From positions 1-38,024 of the forward strand of contig JALESO010000059.1 in assembly GCA_022781925.1 (NCBI GenBank): 38,024 bases of DNA, read 5' to 3'. The notes below the pieces were generated by a model. That model did not search any database. It had not been told where the DNA came from and was given only the letters and a program-made list of their open reading frames with translations. Positions 36,644 through 38,024 of this stretch are shown here, piece after piece; position 1 is the stretch's first letter; each line of letters starts with the position of its first letter. The position numbers were made by a program, and so were the translations under genes. The stretch comes from Lachnospiraceae bacterium. GTDB taxonomy: Bacteria > Bacillota > Clostridia > Lachnospirales > Lachnospiraceae.

Positions 36644-37339
36644 ATGCAGGAAGGAAAACGGCATGTAGCCATTGTACTGGCAGCGGGAAAAGGGTCACGC
36701 ATGAAGAGTGATGTCCCCAAACAGTATCTGGGTCTGAACGGAAAGCCGGTACTGTACTATGCACTCCGGGCATTTGAAGACAGCTTTATAGATGAGATCG
36801 TACTGGTGACCGGTGCTGGACAGGAGTCATACTGCCAGTCAGAAATTGTGGAAAAATATGGTTTTCAAAAAGTTACGCATGTCATTGCAGGCGGGAAAGA
36901 ACGTTATGATTCGGTGTATCGGGGAATCTGTGCCCTGGAAGGGGCAGACTATGTCTATATCCATGATGGCGCACGGCCATTTATCGATGCGGCACTTCTT
37001 TCCCGTGCCCGGGAGACCGTAGAGCAGTATCATGCCTGTGCAGCAGGAATGCCAAGCAAGGATACCATCAAACTGATCGATGACCAGGGCTTTGTCACGG
37101 AGACACCGCAGAGAAAGTATACATGGACCATACAGACACCGCAGGTGTTTGATTATCCGCTGATCCGTGAAGCCTATGAACGGATGTATCAGGATATGCC
37201 TTCCCTTCAGATCACGGACGATGCCATGGTAGTGGAAACGATGCTGCAGACACCGGTGAAACTGTATGAGGGAAGCTATGATAATATCAAGATCACAACG
37301 CCGGAAGATCTGATCGTGGCGGAAGCGTTTCTGGCTTGA
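36644..37339 (+). CDS. ispD: 2-C-methyl-D-erythritol 4-phosphate cytidylyltransferase
   Basis: VAIVLAAGKGSRM is the nucleotidyltransferase glycine-rich loop. It is 231 aa and starts 1 nt after the tsaD stop. Confidence 0.9.
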   Translation: MQEGKRHVAIVLAAGKGSRMKSDVPKQYLGLNGKPVLYYALRAFEDSFIDEIVLVTGAGQESYCQSEIVEKYGFQKVTHVIAGGKERYDSVYRGICALEGADYVYIHDGARPFIDAALLSRARETVEQYHACAAGMPSKDTIKLIDDQGFVTETPQRKYTWTIQTPQVFDYPLIREAYERMYQDMPSLQITDDAMVVETMLQTPVKLYEGSYDNIKITTPEDLIVAEAFLA

Positions 37340-37450
37340 GAGCGTTCGCTTTGGGAAAGATACCTGATGAAGGGTAAGCCGGGAAGCGGCAGAATAAGCC
37401 CTGTACGAGCTCTTTTGTGAATGGTATATAGGGGCCTGTAACACGCGTAT

Positions 37451-37510
37451 GAAAAAAATGTAAAAAAAGTGAAAAAACTTGTTGACAAGGTAGTGGTTTC
37501 TATGTATAAT
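37451..37510 (+). promoter_or_regulatory. Strong sigma-A promoter with an A-rich UP element, driving the tRNA-Ser pair
   Basis: TTGACA (37482-37487), a 17-nt spacer, TATAAT (37505-37510). gaaaaaaatgtaaaaaaagtgaaaaaac lies immediately upstream. Confidence 0.7.
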
Positions 37511-37543
37511 CATTCTTGCGTTGGTTCGAAACGCACTACAATT

Positions 37544-37629
37544 GGAGAGATATCGAAGTGGTCATAACGAGGCGGTCTTGAAAACCGTTTGTCCGCAAGG
37601 GCGCGTGGGTTCGAATCCCACTCTCTCCG
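37544..37629 (+). tRNA. tRNA-Ser (anticodon TGA)
   Basis: Acceptor GGAGAGA/TCTCTCC. 3-bp D stem. Anticodon loop cTTGAaa. Long variable arm. T-arm GTGGG-TTCGAAT-CCCAC. No encoded CCA. Confidence 0.85.
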
Positions 37630-37666
37630 TTATCGACTGAGTCGATGACCATATATTGTTTTATTC

Positions 37667-37756
37667 GGAGAAGTACCCAAGCTGGCCGAAGGGACACCCC
37701 TGGAAAGGGTGCAGGTCGTTAACAGCGGCGCGAGGGTTCAAATCCCTCCTTCTCCG
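37667..37756 (+). tRNA. tRNA-Ser (anticodon GGA)
   Basis: Acceptor GGAGAAG/CTTCTCC. Anticodon loop cTGGAaa. Long variable arm. T-arm GAGGG-TTCAAAT-CCCTC. Confidence 0.85.
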
Positions 37757-37785
37757 CTATCAATCAAAAAACATGAAAAAAGTTG

Positions 37786-37814
37786 TTGACAAACAATACA
37801 ACACATGATAATAT
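37786..37814 (+). promoter_or_regulatory. rRNA operon promoter P1
   Basis: aaaaagTTGTTGACA, a 17-nt spacer, TAATAT (37809-37814). It is followed by the hairpin tgtcgc-gaaaa-gcgaca (37823-37839). Confidence 0.65.
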
Positions 37815-37860
37815 GATTGAGCTGTCGCGAAAAGCGACAAAAAATAATTTGAAAAAGTTG

Positions 37861-37889
37861 TTGACAAGCACTTGGACATCTGGTAAGAT
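37861..37889 (+). promoter_or_regulatory. rRNA operon promoter P2 (extended -10)
   Basis: aaaaagTTGTTGACA (TTGACA at 37861-37866), a 17-nt spacer, TGgTAAGAT (37881-37889). It is followed by the hairpin gttgc-tgaacg-gcaac (37896-37911). Confidence 0.65.
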
Positions 37890-37918
37890 ATAAAAGTTGC
37901 TGAACGGCAACGAACAAA

Positions 37919-38024
37919 GAACTTTGATAACTGAACAGTGAAATAACCTTGAAAGATTCATTGAGAAAAGCGAAGCAATTCGCATTTAAATGAGTTCGAG
38001 AGAACAAAGCAGAGACGAAAGTCA
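37919..38024 (+). promoter_or_regulatory. rRNA operon leader with a boxA-like antitermination element. The 16S gene begins beyond the window.
   Basis: gaactttgataactgaacag resembles the Bacillus rrn leader boxA region (tgttctttgaaaactaaacaag). No 16S 5' end (agagtttgatc) is reached within the window. Confidence 0.4.

Noticed and set aside
37516-37535. tRNA T-arm-like GGTTCGA hairpin upstream of tRNA-Ser considered as a tRNA fragment or pseudogene
   Set aside because: No acceptor, D or anticodon arms can be built around it. It is more simply a leader hairpin (see the promoter-array finding).
1-38024. Searched for CRISPR arrays, IS/transposase or integrase genes and attachment-site direct repeats flanking the AT-rich island
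   Set aside because: No repeat-spacer arrays and no recombinase ORFs were found within the window. The island's left boundary lies outside the window, so mobility cannot be assessed here.

Overview
This is a chromosomal segment from a Firmicutes (Clostridia/Lachnospiraceae-like) genome at roughly 50% GC. The first ~2.1 kb is a sharply AT-rich island (about 30-35% GC).

Almost all genes lie on the + strand. In order:

- A 5'-truncated AAA_21/ABC-type ATPase, translationally coupled to an RloB/Toprim-like protein. This is an AbiL/PARIS-like two-gene defence architecture in the AT-rich island.
- uvrB and uvrA.
- A solitary mreB/mbl-like gene.
- recD2 and comFC.
- Two unknown membrane proteins that head a long operon. 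The operon carries cdaA and cdaR, then an HPr paralog and cysD plus a cysN-cysC fusion inserted before glmM, then prfB with its +1 frameshift.
- A YdjI/YdjG/YdjH-like SPFH + zinc-ribbon + TPM triad.
- An ACT-protein/hom/apgM-like/lysC aspartate-family cluster.
- A small opposite-strand islet of three membrane proteins (DUF975-like, DUF2752, DUF4190-like).
- tex, tsaE, tsaB, rimI, a small 4-Cys ORF, rnz, tsaD and ispD.
- Two tRNA-Ser genes and the tandem promoters and leader of an rRNA operon that starts just beyond the window.

No CRISPR array, transposase or integrase is visible. The most system-like unexplained pieces are the defence-type ATPase/Toprim island at the left edge and the PspA-less SPFH/ZnR/TPM module.
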